Of a stretch of DNA of 64,000 nucleotides, positions 47,966 through 57,558 are shown one piece after another. Made by a program: the position numbers and the translations under genes. Numbering within the stretch: position 1 is the stretch's first letter; each line of letters starts with the position of its first letter. The notes under the pieces are model-generated. The model did no database searches and was not told where the DNA came from. It saw only the letters and a list, made by a program, of their open reading frames with translations. The stretch comes from an uncultured Bacteroides sp. (GTDB taxonomy: Bacteria > Bacillota > Clostridia > Oscillospirales > Acutalibacteraceae): positions 1,150 to 65,149 of the forward strand of contig CAZYDW010000005.1 of the NCBI GenBank assembly GCA_964646445.1, read 5' to 3'.

Positions 47966-48995
47966 TATTAAAACATTAACATATGATGAGCTTGAAAAGG
48001 TTATTTCAGATCTTGCTTTGCCTAAATTCAGAGCAAAGCAAATTTACACCTGGCTTCATATGCAGGGTGTAAAATCCTTTGATGAAATGACTGATATTAG
48101 CAAAGCTTTAAGAAATGACCTTGAAAAAAGGTTTTATATATCCTTTTGTGAAATTGAAGAAAAATATGTCTCAAGGCTTGATAATACTGTTAAATATCTT
48201 TTCAGGCTTTATGACGGCGAATATATTGAAAGCGTTGTTATGAAATACAGATACGGTTATACTATTTGCGTATCGTCACAGGTCGGCTGTAAGATGGGGT
48301 GTACTTTTTGTGCCTCAACGCTTGCGGGCTTTAAAAGAAATCTTACCGCCGGAGAGATTGAAAGTCAGCTTCACAGCGCACAAAGTGACCTTGGCATAAG
48401 AATATCACATATTGTTATGATGGGCATAGGTGAGCCGCTTGATAATTTTGATAATATAACGGCATTTATCAAAAATGTCAATTCTCCCGAAGGTCTTAAT
48501 ATATCAATGAGAAATATCACTGTTTCAACCTGCGGCCTTGTTGACAGAATTTATCAGCTAATGGATTTGGACTTGCAGCTGACTCTTACTGTTTCGCTTC
48601 ATGCGCCTAATGACGAAATCCGCTTAAAGACAATGCCTATCGGCAAAAAATATTCAATTGATGAAATTTTGCAGGCTTGTCGTACATATTCGCTTAAAAC
48701 CGGCAGGCGCGTGAGCTTTGAATATACACTGATTAAAGGCGTGAATGACAGGGAGTGTGACGCAGAAGAGCTTTGTGAAAGACTTAAAGGTATGCTTTGT
48801 CATATTAATCTTATTCCGGTTAATGATGTTGCAGAGCGTAACAATATCAAGGTAAGCAGGCAAAGCGTTGAAAAATTCCGTAACATATTGAAAAACAAGG
48901 GAATTAATGCTACAATAAGAAGAACGCTCGGTGCAGACATAAATGCATCCTGCGGACAGCTTCGGTATAACCGCAGCCTATCTGACAGCCGTTGA
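47955..48995 (+). CDS. rlmN: dual-specificity RNA methyltransferase
   Basis: CVSSQVGCKMGCTFC, MGIGEP, SLHA, ASCGQL. Confidence 0.95.
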   Translation: MKTDIKTLTYDELEKVISDLALPKFRAKQIYTWLHMQGVKSFDEMTDISKALRNDLEKRFYISFCEIEEKYVSRLDNTVKYLFRLYDGEYIESVVMKYRYGYTICVSSQVGCKMGCTFCASTLAGFKRNLTAGEIESQLHSAQSDLGIRISHIVMMGIGEPLDNFDNITAFIKNVNSPEGLNISMRNITVSTCGLVDRIYQLMDLDLQLTLTVSLHAPNDEIRLKTMPIGKKYSIDEILQACRTYSLKTGRRVSFEYTLIKGVNDRECDAEELCERLKGMLCHINLIPVNDVAERNNIKVSRQSVEKFRNILKNKGINATIRRTLGADINASCGQLRYNRSLSDSR

Positions 48996-49010
48996 CGCAA
49001 AGCTATATAT

Positions 49011-49255
49011 TATAACCTATTCGCCGATGTCCCTCCGCATCTTAGGCGGCGGGGTCCATTTCAGAATTTCAGCGGGTGTGATAATCTCCCATTAAAATTC
49101 TGAGGAGCTAACGCTCCCTGCGCACTTTGCAATCGTTTGCAAGCCCCATTTCAAGCGAGCTTTATGGAGCGCTCTACGATTTAAATAATTTTTAGGCTCA
49201 GAATAATCCGCGCTGAAAGAAAGTAAAACACGCCGTTATAAGGCGGTGGCAGTTT
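49011..49255. mobile_element. structured non-coding insert, possibly a non-autonomous element (contains REP-like copy B at 49011-49059)
   Basis: About 290-bp gap in a normally compact operon; several hairpins; shares a repeat with 29256-29304. No transposase seen. Confidence 0.35.
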
Positions 49256-49285
49256 TTCAAATATTTATAAAACGAGGTGATGTTA

Positions 49286-50014
49286 ATGAAAATTGTTGCT
49301 AAAACGGATAAAGGAATAATTCGTGATAATAATCAAGACGCATATGCCGTAGGCGAATTTTCAGATGAGGTTGTATGGTCTGTTGTATGCGACGGAATGG
49401 GCGGTGCAGCCGGCGGGAATATTGCATCGGCGCTTGCCGTTAAAGCAATAAGTGACAAAATCAATGCATCATATCGTGAAAAAATGCGTGATATGTCAAT
49501 TCGCAATATGCTTGATTCTGCATTGACTGCTGCTAATATTGAGGTATATGATTTTGCAGAGGCAAGACCGGAGCTTCACGGTATGGGTACAACAGTTGTC
49601 TGTGCCATTGTCAGGGATAATCAGGCGTATATTGCACATGCGGGTGACAGCCGTGCATATGTTATAAACAACGGCAGCATCAGGCAGATAACCACCGATC
49701 ACAGTATGGTACAGGATTTGCTTTCAAAGGGCAAAATCACAAGCGAGCAGGCAGAGCATCATCCCAACAAAAATATTATTACCCGTGCTGTCGGTGTTGA
49801 TAAAAGCATTGACATTGACTTTGAGCAGATTGATTTGAATGATGACGATGTGCTCCTTCTTTGCACAGACGGTCTTTCAAACTATGTCACCAATGATGAA
49901 ATACTTGAGATTATGAGCGACGGAAAGCAGTATGCTTTTGCAGACCGTCTTGTTACTAAAGCTAATGATAACGGCGGCGGAGATAACATAACCGTTGTAA
50001 TTATATCAAAATAG
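49286..50014 (+). CDS. stp: PP2C-family Ser/Thr phosphatase (PrpC/Stp)
   Basis: NQDA, CDGMGG, GMGTT, GDSRAY, LCTDGL, GGDNITV. Confidence 0.95.
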   Translation: MKIVAKTDKGIIRDNNQDAYAVGEFSDEVVWSVVCDGMGGAAGGNIASALAVKAISDKINASYREKMRDMSIRNMLDSALTAANIEVYDFAEARPELHGMGTTVVCAIVRDNQAYIAHAGDSRAYVINNGSIRQITTDHSMVQDLLSKGKITSEQAEHHPNKNIITRAVGVDKSIDIDFEQIDLNDDDVLLLCTDGLSNYVTNDEILEIMSDGKQYAFADRLVTKANDNGGGDNITVVIISK

Positions 50015-50028
50015 GTTGGAGATAATAT

Positions 50029-52038
50029 ATGGATAATTATGTTGGCAAGCGTCTTGACGGCAGATATGAAATTCAGGAGATTATCGGCGTTGGCGGAATG
50101 TCTGTGGTTTATAAGGCATATGACAATGTTGATGACAGAATAGTTGCCGTTAAAATTCTGAAAGATGAATTTCTCACTAATGATGAGTTTGTAAGGCGAT
50201 TTAAAAATGAGAGCAAGGCAATCGCTCTTTTATCGCATCCCAATATAGTAAAGGTTTATGATGTCAGCTTCGGCGAAAAGCTTCAGTATATCGTTATGGA
50301 ATATGTTGACGGCATAACACTTAAAGAATATATACAAAAGCAAAACGCAATTACCTGGAATGATGCTCTCTTTTTTACCACACAGATACTTAAAGCATTG
50401 CAGCATGCACATGATAAGGGAATAGTTCACAGGGACATTAAGCCGCAGAACATTATTCTCCTTTCAAACGGAAACATTAAAGTTGCGGATTTCGGTATTG
50501 CAAGATTTTCAAGAAGTGATACAAGAACACTTACGGACACCGCCATAGGTTCAGTTCATTATATCAGCCCGGAGCAGGCTAAGGGAGAGCTGACTGATGA
50601 GCGCGCCGACATATATTCTGTCGGTGTTGTTCTTTATGAAATGCTTGCGGGTAAGGTTCCGTTTGATGCTGACAGTGCCGTTTCGGTTGCACTTATGCAG
50701 CTTCAGCAGGATGCTGAAAGATTGACTGAAATCAATCCCGATATACCGCTCGGTCTTGAACAAATATGTGTTCACGCTATGCAGAAAAATCCTGATGACA
50801 GGTATCAGACCGCTACGGAAATGCTCCTTGATGTTGAGGAAATTATCAGAAATCCAAATACAACATTTGATTATTCATATTTCGTTGACAGCCAGCCTAC
50901 AAGGTATGCTATCAACACTGTTGATAAAACTGCCGCCGCTAATGACGAAGCCGCAGAATATGATGATGAAGAAGAATATTATGATCCGGGGCATAAAAAA
51001 AAGGTGGTAACCGCTGTTATAATCGGAGTGCTCGTATTAATTGCAGCAATCGTTCTTTTGGTTATGAGCATTACCGGCACATCATTTAAAAGCACTCACA
51101 GTCTTGAAAGCTTTATCGGAATGTCATATGATGAGCTTCAAAGCTCAAACGAATATGATTATGAATTTATAATGCAGCAGGAAAAAACCAATGATGATGC
51201 TTCGGGTACGGTAATCAACCAGTCACCCGAACCGGGCACAAAGGTGCTTGACGGCAGTCAGGTAACGCTTGTTGTTGCAATATCAGCCGATGATATAACT
51301 GTGCCTAATGTTTATAATCTTGATGTTGAAAAGGCAAAAAAAGCTCTTTCCAATGAAGGACTGAATAATTATACCGTTACCTCGGTAGGCAGTGATACAG
51401 TTGAAGAGGGAATGGTTGTTTATACAAATCCGAAAGCGGGAAATGTTGTTTCTTCGGATGCACAGATAATAATTTATGTAAGTTCAGGTCCCACAACAAC
51501 TGCCGTACAGGAGATAGTTGTCCCTGATGTTGTAGGATTATCACAGGAGGGTGCCCGCGCATTTTTGGAAAAACTCGGCTTTACGAACATTAATTTTGTT
51601 ACACAGGACAGCTCCGTTAAAAAAGGCATAGTTCTCGGTCAGTCGCCTGCATCAGGCTCCAAGCTTCTTGCAGACGGAAAAATCAAAATTACCATATCAT
51701 CAGGTGTTACAACCACAACAACCAAGGCACAGGTTGTCGTTGATGTATCGGTTACGCTGCCGCAGTGCATTGACGAAAACGGTAAAATCATTTACGATAC
51801 CCTTGTCGTTGAGCTTGACGGTGAAAAGTATATGAGCAAAAAAATTGCGCTTGACGGTAAGGTTCAGAACTTAAGCATCACCCTTAAAGATGCACAAAGT
51901 GTTAATGTTAAAATTTCACTTTCGGAAACGAATGCCGTTGATACCAAAACAATAAACGCAAGCAAAAATCAAAAGGTTACAATAGATTTTTCTGATTTTG
52001 ACAGTGACGCGTCTGTAACAGAGGAGATTCAGGAATAG
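50029..52038 (+). CDS. pknB: PASTA-domain Ser/Thr kinase (PrkC/PknB)
   Basis: GVGGMSVV, VAVK, HRDIKPQN, DFG, HYISPE, TM helix, three PASTA repeats. Confidence 0.95.
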   Translation: MDNYVGKRLDGRYEIQEIIGVGGMSVVYKAYDNVDDRIVAVKILKDEFLTNDEFVRRFKNESKAIALLSHPNIVKVYDVSFGEKLQYIVMEYVDGITLKEYIQKQNAITWNDALFFTTQILKALQHAHDKGIVHRDIKPQNIILLSNGNIKVADFGIARFSRSDTRTLTDTAIGSVHYISPEQAKGELTDERADIYSVGVVLYEMLAGKVPFDADSAVSVALMQLQQDAERLTEINPDIPLGLEQICVHAMQKNPDDRYQTATEMLLDVEEIIRNPNTTFDYSYFVDSQPTRYAINTVDKTAAANDEAAEYDDEEEYYDPGHKKKVVTAVIIGVLVLIAAIVLLVMSITGTSFKSTHSLESFIGMSYDELQSSNEYDYEFIMQQEKTNDDASGTVINQSPEPGTKVLDGSQVTLVVAISADDITVPNVYNLDVEKAKKALSNEGLNNYTVTSVGSDTVEEGMVVYTNPKAGNVVSSDAQIIIYVSSGPTTTAVQEIVVPDVVGLSQEGARAFLEKLGFTNINFVTQDSSVKKGIVLGQSPASGSKLLADGKIKITISSGVTTTTTKAQVVVDVSVTLPQCIDENGKIIYDTLVVELDGEKYMSKKIALDGKVQNLSITLKDAQSVNVKISLSETNAVDTKTINASKNQKVTIDFSDFDSDASVTEEIQE

Positions 52039-52047
52039 AGGTAGTTT

Positions 52048-52929
52048 ATGCTTGAAGGAAGGCTGATTAAAGGAATAGGCGGTTTCTACTATGTAGAAGC
52101 CGCTGATACTATATATGAATGCAAGGCAAGGGGTATATTCAGAAAAAAAGGTATTGTACCCCTCGTAGGCGACTTTGTAAGCATAACAGTTAATGAAAAT
52201 TCGGAAAATACCATTGATGAAATAAAGAATAGAAATAATTCTCTAATCAGACCTCCTCTTGCAAATATTGATTTGCTTTTTATCGTATCGTCTGTTGTTG
52301 ACCCGGCAGTTAATACCTGTGTGCTTGACAGACTGATTGCCGTTTCCGAATATAAAGGCATTGAACCGATAATTGTATTTACTAAGGCGGATTTGTCCGA
52401 TGCTTATAAAGAATATTCCGCTGTTTACAAAAATGCGGGCTTTGATGTTGTTATTTGTGATAATAAGGGCAGGGGAATTGATGAAATTAAATCAATGCTC
52501 AGCGGTAAAACATGCGCTTTTACCGGAAATTCAGGTGTAGGCAAATCGACACTGCTGAATAATATTTCGCTTTGTCTTTCGCTTCCTGTCGGTCAGACAA
52601 GCAAAAAGCTCGGCAGGGGCAGGCACACGACACGCCACTGTGAGCTTTTTAAAGTGTGTGATGGATATGTTGCTGATACTCCCGGCTTTTCTGCGGTCGA
52701 TTTTGAAAGGTGCGAAAAAATATATAAAGAAGATTTACCGCATTGCTTCAGAGAATTTGAGCCGTATTTGGAAAAATGCAGATTTCTTACTAATTGTTCG
52801 CACACCTGTGATAAAGGCTGTGCTGTTTTAGAGGCCGTAAAAGACGGTAAAATCTCAAAGGAAAGGCATAACAGCTATATTCAGCTTTATAACGAGGTTA
52901 AGGATATAAAGGAATGGGAAAAGAAATAA
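52048..52929 (+). CDS. rsgA: small ribosomal subunit biogenesis GTPase
   Basis: TKAD, GNSGVGKS, GRHTT, DTPG, C-terminal CRF..CSH...GC. Confidence 0.95.
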   Translation: MLEGRLIKGIGGFYYVEAADTIYECKARGIFRKKGIVPLVGDFVSITVNENSENTIDEIKNRNNSLIRPPLANIDLLFIVSSVVDPAVNTCVLDRLIAVSEYKGIEPIIVFTKADLSDAYKEYSAVYKNAGFDVVICDNKGRGIDEIKSMLSGKTCAFTGNSGVGKSTLLNNISLCLSLPVGQTSKKLGRGRHTTRHCELFKVCDGYVADTPGFSAVDFERCEKIYKEDLPHCFREFEPYLEKCRFLTNCSHTCDKGCAVLEAVKDGKISKERHNSYIQLYNEVKDIKEWEKK

Positions 52930-53546
52930 AACGCTGTGTTATTATATCGGGAGCGCCGGAAAGCGATACTGCATATTATGATGACTATTTAAATGATAGC
53001 TTCATAATATGTGCCGACAGCGGATATTTAAAATGTCTTGCCGCAAATAAAATACCTGATATTATTGCAGGTGATTTTGACTCATCCGAAATACCCGATA
53101 TTAACTGTGAGATAATAAAGCTTAATGTAAGAAAGGATGACAGCGATACCTTTTATTGCGTCAAGCTTGCCTGCACCAGGGGCTTTGATGATATAACAAT
53201 TCTCGGCGGTACCGGCACACGCATTGACCATACTTATTCAAATATTCTTTCACTTAATTATTGCCGTGAGCATGGAGTTACCGCAAAACTTGTCAGCAAC
53301 AGCAGCAAGGTGTTTATTGCAGACAAGCCCTTTTCACTGACCGATGAAAACAAATACAGCTTTTTTTCACTGTTTGCTCTTTTTACAGATGTTGAAAATC
53401 TTACAATAAGCGGCGCGCAGTTTACCCTTGACAATTATACGCTTAAGCCGTCTGAACAAATAACGCAAAGCAATGCTTTCGGTGATGACAAGGTTAGTAT
53501 TTCATTTGACTGCGGAAAATTAATTGTAATTATGTGTAACGATTAA
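52914..53546 (+). CDS. thiN: thiamine pyrophosphokinase
   Basis: CADSG, GDFDS, KDDSDT, GGTGTRIDHT. Confidence 0.9.
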   Translation: MGKEIKRCVIISGAPESDTAYYDDYLNDSFIICADSGYLKCLAANKIPDIIAGDFDSSEIPDINCEIIKLNVRKDDSDTFYCVKLACTRGFDDITILGGTGTRIDHTYSNILSLNYCREHGVTAKLVSNSSKVFIADKPFSLTDENKYSFFSLFALFTDVENLTISGAQFTLDNYTLKPSEQITQSNAFGDDKVSISFDCGKLIVIMCND

Positions 53547-53595
53547 TTTACTTTTTCATAGTATGTAGTAAATACGGCAAGTGAGGTGTTACACT

Positions 53596-53739
53596 ATGAA
53601 AAAGATGTGCAGGCGGGATTATCTTTGGATTGCCTTTGGTATCGGCTGTGTGGTGGCGTGCTGCTGCCCTACGGTATGGATAACAAGAATTCTTGCGATA
53701 GTGGTAATTATACTCGGTATTATTTGCTGTAAAAAATAA
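53596..53739 (+). CDS. 47-aa Cys-rich two-TM micro-protein (below the ORF track cut-off)
   Basis: GAGGTG SD; MKKMCRRDYLWIAFGIGCVVACCCPTVWITRILAIVVIILGIICCKK. Confidence 0.65.
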   Translation: MKKMCRRDYLWIAFGIGCVVACCCPTVWITRILAIVVIILGIICCKK

Positions 53740-53751
53740 GAGGGGATTCAT

Positions 53752-53841
53752 TTGAAAGTTGTATTGATTAAAAGTCCAAAATTTCTTGCTCCTGTTTTAA
53801 GAACACTGTTTAAAATACAAAAGGTTAAAAATGAAACATAA
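53752..53841 (+). CDS. spoVM: stage V sporulation protein M (29 aa)
   Basis: AGAGGGG SD, TTG start; MKVVLIKSPKFLAPVLRTLFKIQKVKNET has the IKxPKFL core; lies after thiN as in B. subtilis. Confidence 0.8.
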   Translation: MKVVLIKSPKFLAPVLRTLFKIQKVKNET

Positions 53842-53843
53842 GT

Positions 53844-53880
53844 AAAATGCTCCGATAATCGTCGGGGCATTTTCTTTTTC
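53844..53880 (+). terminator. intrinsic terminator after spoVM
   Basis: AAAATGCTCCGA/TCGGGGCATTTT followed by TCTTTTC. Confidence 0.7.
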
Positions 53881-53939
53881 TGTAATATTGTGGTTTATAC
53901 AAGCATAGTTATTTGTAGAAACAGAAAAGGAGCTTAACT

Positions 53940-55433
53940 ATGGATTTGTGTAAAGAATTTAAAACTATGGGCATAAACGAGAGCTGTGAAAAAATATGTG
54001 AGGGAGTTGACCTTGATTTTCAGGAAAATCTGCCGCAGTATCTTGACGATATTGAAAAAATAATAAGATGTACGGCAAAGGCTGTAATAACCGATTATCA
54101 GCTTGATGCAGGCAAAATAACAATACATGGCAGGGTCCTGATTTCAATTACATATTTAAGCAGCTGTAATGCGGTTTTATCTAATGTTTTTGAAGAGGAC
54201 TTTACAAAGCAGATTAACACAAGTCCTCAATCTCAATTTACAAGTGCAAGTATCTGCATTAATAATAAATACTGTAATTTCAGATTGATTAATCAAAGAA
54301 GAATAGATATTCATTCTGCCTTTAATACGGAAATACGGGCCTATATAAAAAATGGCGGTTCATATATCAGTGAATGTGAAAATGTTTTTATGAAAAGATA
54401 TAATTCGTCGATTTTAAACTGTAAATGCTGCGGAGTGTCAAGTGCCGATTTTGATGAAAGCTTTCCGATTGCAAGCACTGCTTCACAGATTAAAAATATA
54501 ATTAATTCATTTGTATCGTGTTATGTTGACGATAAAAAAATTATTAAGGATAAAATGCTTGTAAAGCTTAAAATAGAGTTTTCCGTACTTTTCACCAATG
54601 ACAGTGACAATATTGAAAAATGCGAATATTCGTTTTCATTAAGCAAAATAATCGAAACGCCGGAATGTGACGAAATGTGCACCTCATTTGTAAATGCAGA
54701 TGTTTCAGGTATTTATGTAAAATCAAAGGCAAATTCATCAGATATTCTTTGCGAAATAGAGGCAGCAGGTAATGTTACGATTGATTACAGGATTTTTGAA
54801 TGCAGTGAAATTTCACTTGTAACAGACGGCTATATGTCAAAATTTACAACTGATATGCAAAAAAGCAGAATGCTTCTCAAAAGCAATCCGGTATATTATT
54901 ATGATGACAGGTCGGATGAAGTAATTTTTGATTGTGATAAGAACATCATTGAAATTATTGATTTGAATGTTGAGCTTGCGGCAGCACGAATTACAGAAGC
55001 CTCGCTTAATATTGATGTTAAGCTGTCCTTTATTTACTATGACGATTCAAATGAAATGCACTATTACGAAATGGTAAAAACAGTAAAATATAAGCTTTGC
55101 GACGCATCACTTGACGGAGAGGGAACAGCAAATTTACTGACATATGATTATGTAATTAAAGGTACTGATAAAATTTCGGTAAGAATAAGCTATATATACA
55201 GCGCATATCTTTATAAGCAGGAATATGTTGATTTTATAACCGATATTGACGCAAGCGATGAAAAGAATAATCTCAATATGCCGCAGCTTACGCTTTATTT
55301 TGCAGATGTTAATGAAAATATATGGGATATTGCAAAAAAATTTTCAACGGATATGAGGTTGATTATGCAGGAAAATAATTTAACTTCACAGGTTATTCAA
55401 AATAAAACGGTACTTCTTGTACCCGGAATGTGA
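53940..55433 (+). CDS. SPOCS (DUF3794) + C-terminal LysM spore-coat protein, SipL-like
   Basis: LPQYLDDIEKII N-terminus; LysM-like end YFADVNENIWDIAKKF...ENNL; next to spoIVA. Confidence 0.75.
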   Translation: MDLCKEFKTMGINESCEKICEGVDLDFQENLPQYLDDIEKIIRCTAKAVITDYQLDAGKITIHGRVLISITYLSSCNAVLSNVFEEDFTKQINTSPQSQFTSASICINNKYCNFRLINQRRIDIHSAFNTEIRAYIKNGGSYISECENVFMKRYNSSILNCKCCGVSSADFDESFPIASTASQIKNIINSFVSCYVDDKKIIKDKMLVKLKIEFSVLFTNDSDNIEKCEYSFSLSKIIETPECDEMCTSFVNADVSGIYVKSKANSSDILCEIEAAGNVTIDYRIFECSEISLVTDGYMSKFTTDMQKSRMLLKSNPVYYYDDRSDEVIFDCDKNIIEIIDLNVELAAARITEASLNIDVKLSFIYYDDSNEMHYYEMVKTVKYKLCDASLDGEGTANLLTYDYVIKGTDKISVRISYIYSAYLYKQEYVDFITDIDASDEKNNLNMPQLTLYFADVNENIWDIAKKFSTDMRLIMQENNLTSQVIQNKTVLLVPGM

Positions 55434-55441
55434 GGCATATT

Positions 55442-56917
55442 ATGAATAATAATATATACAATGATATTTCAAAGCGAACTAACGGTGATATTTATATCGG
55501 CGTTGTAGGACCTGTCAGGTCAGGTAAATCAACCTTTATTAAAAGATTTATGGATTCGCTTGTAATCCCTAATATATCTGATGAATATGTAAGAGAGCGC
55601 GCTCTTGATGAATTGCCGCAGTCTGCGGCAGGCAGAACAATAATGACAACAGAGCCTAAATTTATACCGGAGGATGCTGTTGAACTGAATATGGCTGAAG
55701 GGCTTTCAATGAAGGTAAGGCTCATTGACTGTGTAGGCTATATTGTGCCAAGCTCGGTCGGATACATTGAGGAAAATCAGCCGCGAATGGTTATGACCCC
55801 ATGGTTTGACGAGGAAATACCGTTTAATATGGCTGCTGAAATAGGCACAAAAAAGGTAATTACCGAACATTCGACAATCGGTCTTGTTGTAACAACCGAC
55901 GGCTCAATAGGCACAATTCCAAGGGAGGAGTTCAAGGAAGCGGAGGAAAGGGTGATTGACGAGCTTAAAGCGCTTGATAAACCTTTTGTTGTTATAATGA
56001 ACTGTGTTGAACCGACCGCTCAGGCAGTGATGAAAATGTGCAGCGATTTATCAAAGGAATACGGTGTGCCGGTAATACCGGTAAATTGTCTTGAGCTGAC
56101 AGAAAAAGAAATCAACGATATATTATCGGATATTTTATATGAATTTCCCGTAAGCAATATTGCCGTCAACTATCCCTCATGGCTAAACGGTCTTGAAAGT
56201 GACAATTATTTAAGAGCATCAATCTATGAAAGCATAAAAGCAAATGTTTCAATGATAAGTACAATACGAAGCATAGGTGCATTTGCAGACAGTATTAAAG
56301 AAAATGAGTATATTGAAAATGTGAGCATAAGCTCGCTTGACTTATCAAGCGGCAAAGTTTCAATGAAATTTTATGTTGATAACAGTTATTTTTATCAAAT
56401 TTTATCAGAGCGCTGTTCAATCAGCATCAGTGACGAAAAAGAATTAATGGATAATTTTATAAGTCTTATTTCAATGAAAAAGGAATATGAACGCTTTGCA
56501 AAAGCGCTTGATGATGTTGAGCAAACAGGTTATGGAATCGTTATGCCGGACATCAGCGAGCTTTCACTCGGCGATCCGGAAATTATGAAGCAGGGCGGAA
56601 GATACGGCGTAAGGCTTAAAGCGCAGGCACCGTCAATTCATATGATTAAATGCAATACATATACCGAAGTTGCGCCCATTGTCGGCAGTGAAAGTCAAAG
56701 CCGGGAGCTTGTTATGTATCTGTTAAAAGAGTTTGAAGAAAACCCGGCAGATATATGGAACACAAATCTGTTTGGAAAATCACTTCACGAAATTGTCAAC
56801 GAGGGGCTTAACAATAAGCTTTACAGAATGCCTGTCGATGCACGCAATAAATTCAGAGAAACCATTGAGCGTGTTATTAACGAGGGCTGCAACGGCTTAA
56901 TATGTATTATACTTTAA
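55442..56917 (+). CDS. spoIVA: stage IV sporulation protein A
   Basis: IYIGVVGPVRSGKSTFIKRF, TTEPKFIP, DCVGY, TTDGS, YGVRLKAQAPSIH. Confidence 0.97.
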   Translation: MNNNIYNDISKRTNGDIYIGVVGPVRSGKSTFIKRFMDSLVIPNISDEYVRERALDELPQSAAGRTIMTTEPKFIPEDAVELNMAEGLSMKVRLIDCVGYIVPSSVGYIEENQPRMVMTPWFDEEIPFNMAAEIGTKKVITEHSTIGLVVTTDGSIGTIPREEFKEAEERVIDELKALDKPFVVIMNCVEPTAQAVMKMCSDLSKEYGVPVIPVNCLELTEKEINDILSDILYEFPVSNIAVNYPSWLNGLESDNYLRASIYESIKANVSMISTIRSIGAFADSIKENEYIENVSISSLDLSSGKVSMKFYVDNSYFYQILSERCSISISDEKELMDNFISLISMKKEYERFAKALDDVEQTGYGIVMPDISELSLGDPEIMKQGGRYGVRLKAQAPSIHMIKCNTYTEVAPIVGSESQSRELVMYLLKEFEENPADIWNTNLFGKSLHEIVNEGLNNKLYRMPVDARNKFRETIERVINEGCNGLICIIL

Positions 56918-56919
56918 AA

Positions 56920-56958
56920 ATAAGACCGCATTGAGAATTGCTCAAGCTGCGGTCTTAT
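56920..56958. terminator. bidirectional hairpin
   Basis: ATAAGACCGCA/TGCGGTCTTAT plus inner TTGAG/CTCAA. Confidence 0.65.
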
Positions 56959-57226
56959 AAATTATGAATATTAACAATACTGTGTGTATAAATATAATTA
57001 TCGGCAATCCAACCGTAAATTTGATATGTTTTGTTTTGTGACGAATAATTTTCATCGTGAGGTATTCACATACTGCCCCGCCGATAAAGGCAATAAAAAT
57101 CAAGCTGTTTTCGGAAACGCGCCACTTGTTTTTAACTGCCTTTCGTTTATCCGAAACGGTAAGGATAACTGCAATAATATTAACAATTATCAGATAAGTA
57201 AAAGCGTATATTACGAAGCTGTTCAA
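56942..57226 (-). CDS. DUF1294-family membrane protein
   Basis: DKRKAVKNKWRVSE, FIGGAV, RHKTKH.KF. Confidence 0.88.
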   Translation of the reverse strand: MNSFVIYAFTYLIIVNIIAVILTVSDKRKAVKNKWRVSENSLIFIAFIGGAVCEYLTMKIIRHKTKHIKFTVGLPIIIFIHTVLLIFIIYKTAA

Positions 57227-57513
57227 GCCTTGTATTCCTCTAACGGCTTTAATAAATCAGGGCTAAGTACAGCTTTATCATTCTTTCTGAATTTATCGCC
57301 TATTTCCCGGTCAACTGTGTAAATTGCAGAACACTGCGGGCAAATAAGAAAATATACCGTATTACAGTCAACAAGCGGCATTTTTGCGATAAGCCTTCTT
57401 TCATAATTTGAAAAAACGCCGAAATTTGTTTTTTTATTGCAGTGGGGGCAGACTAATTCAAAGGACTCGCCCCTTGATTTAATTATTTTTGAGTTACCAA
57501 GCTTATATTCCAT
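57223..57513 (-). CDS. hypothetical Zn-ribbon protein
   Basis: CPHC...CPQC; start set at ATG 57513. Confidence 0.65.
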   Translation of the reverse strand: MEYKLGNSKIIKSRGESFELVCPHCNKKTNFGVFSNYERRLIAKMPLVDCNTVYFLICPQCSAIYTVDREIGDKFRKNDKAVLSPDLLKPLEEYKA

Positions 57514-57558
57514 TTTAATCACCGATTTTATTTTACTATAAAATAAGGATGTGTTCAA

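Noticed and set aside
53883-53911. Possible sigma-E promoter (TAATATT-14 nt-CATAGTTA) before the SipL-like gene
   Set aside because: Spacing fits but the conserved last T of the -10 box is missing; too weak to call.
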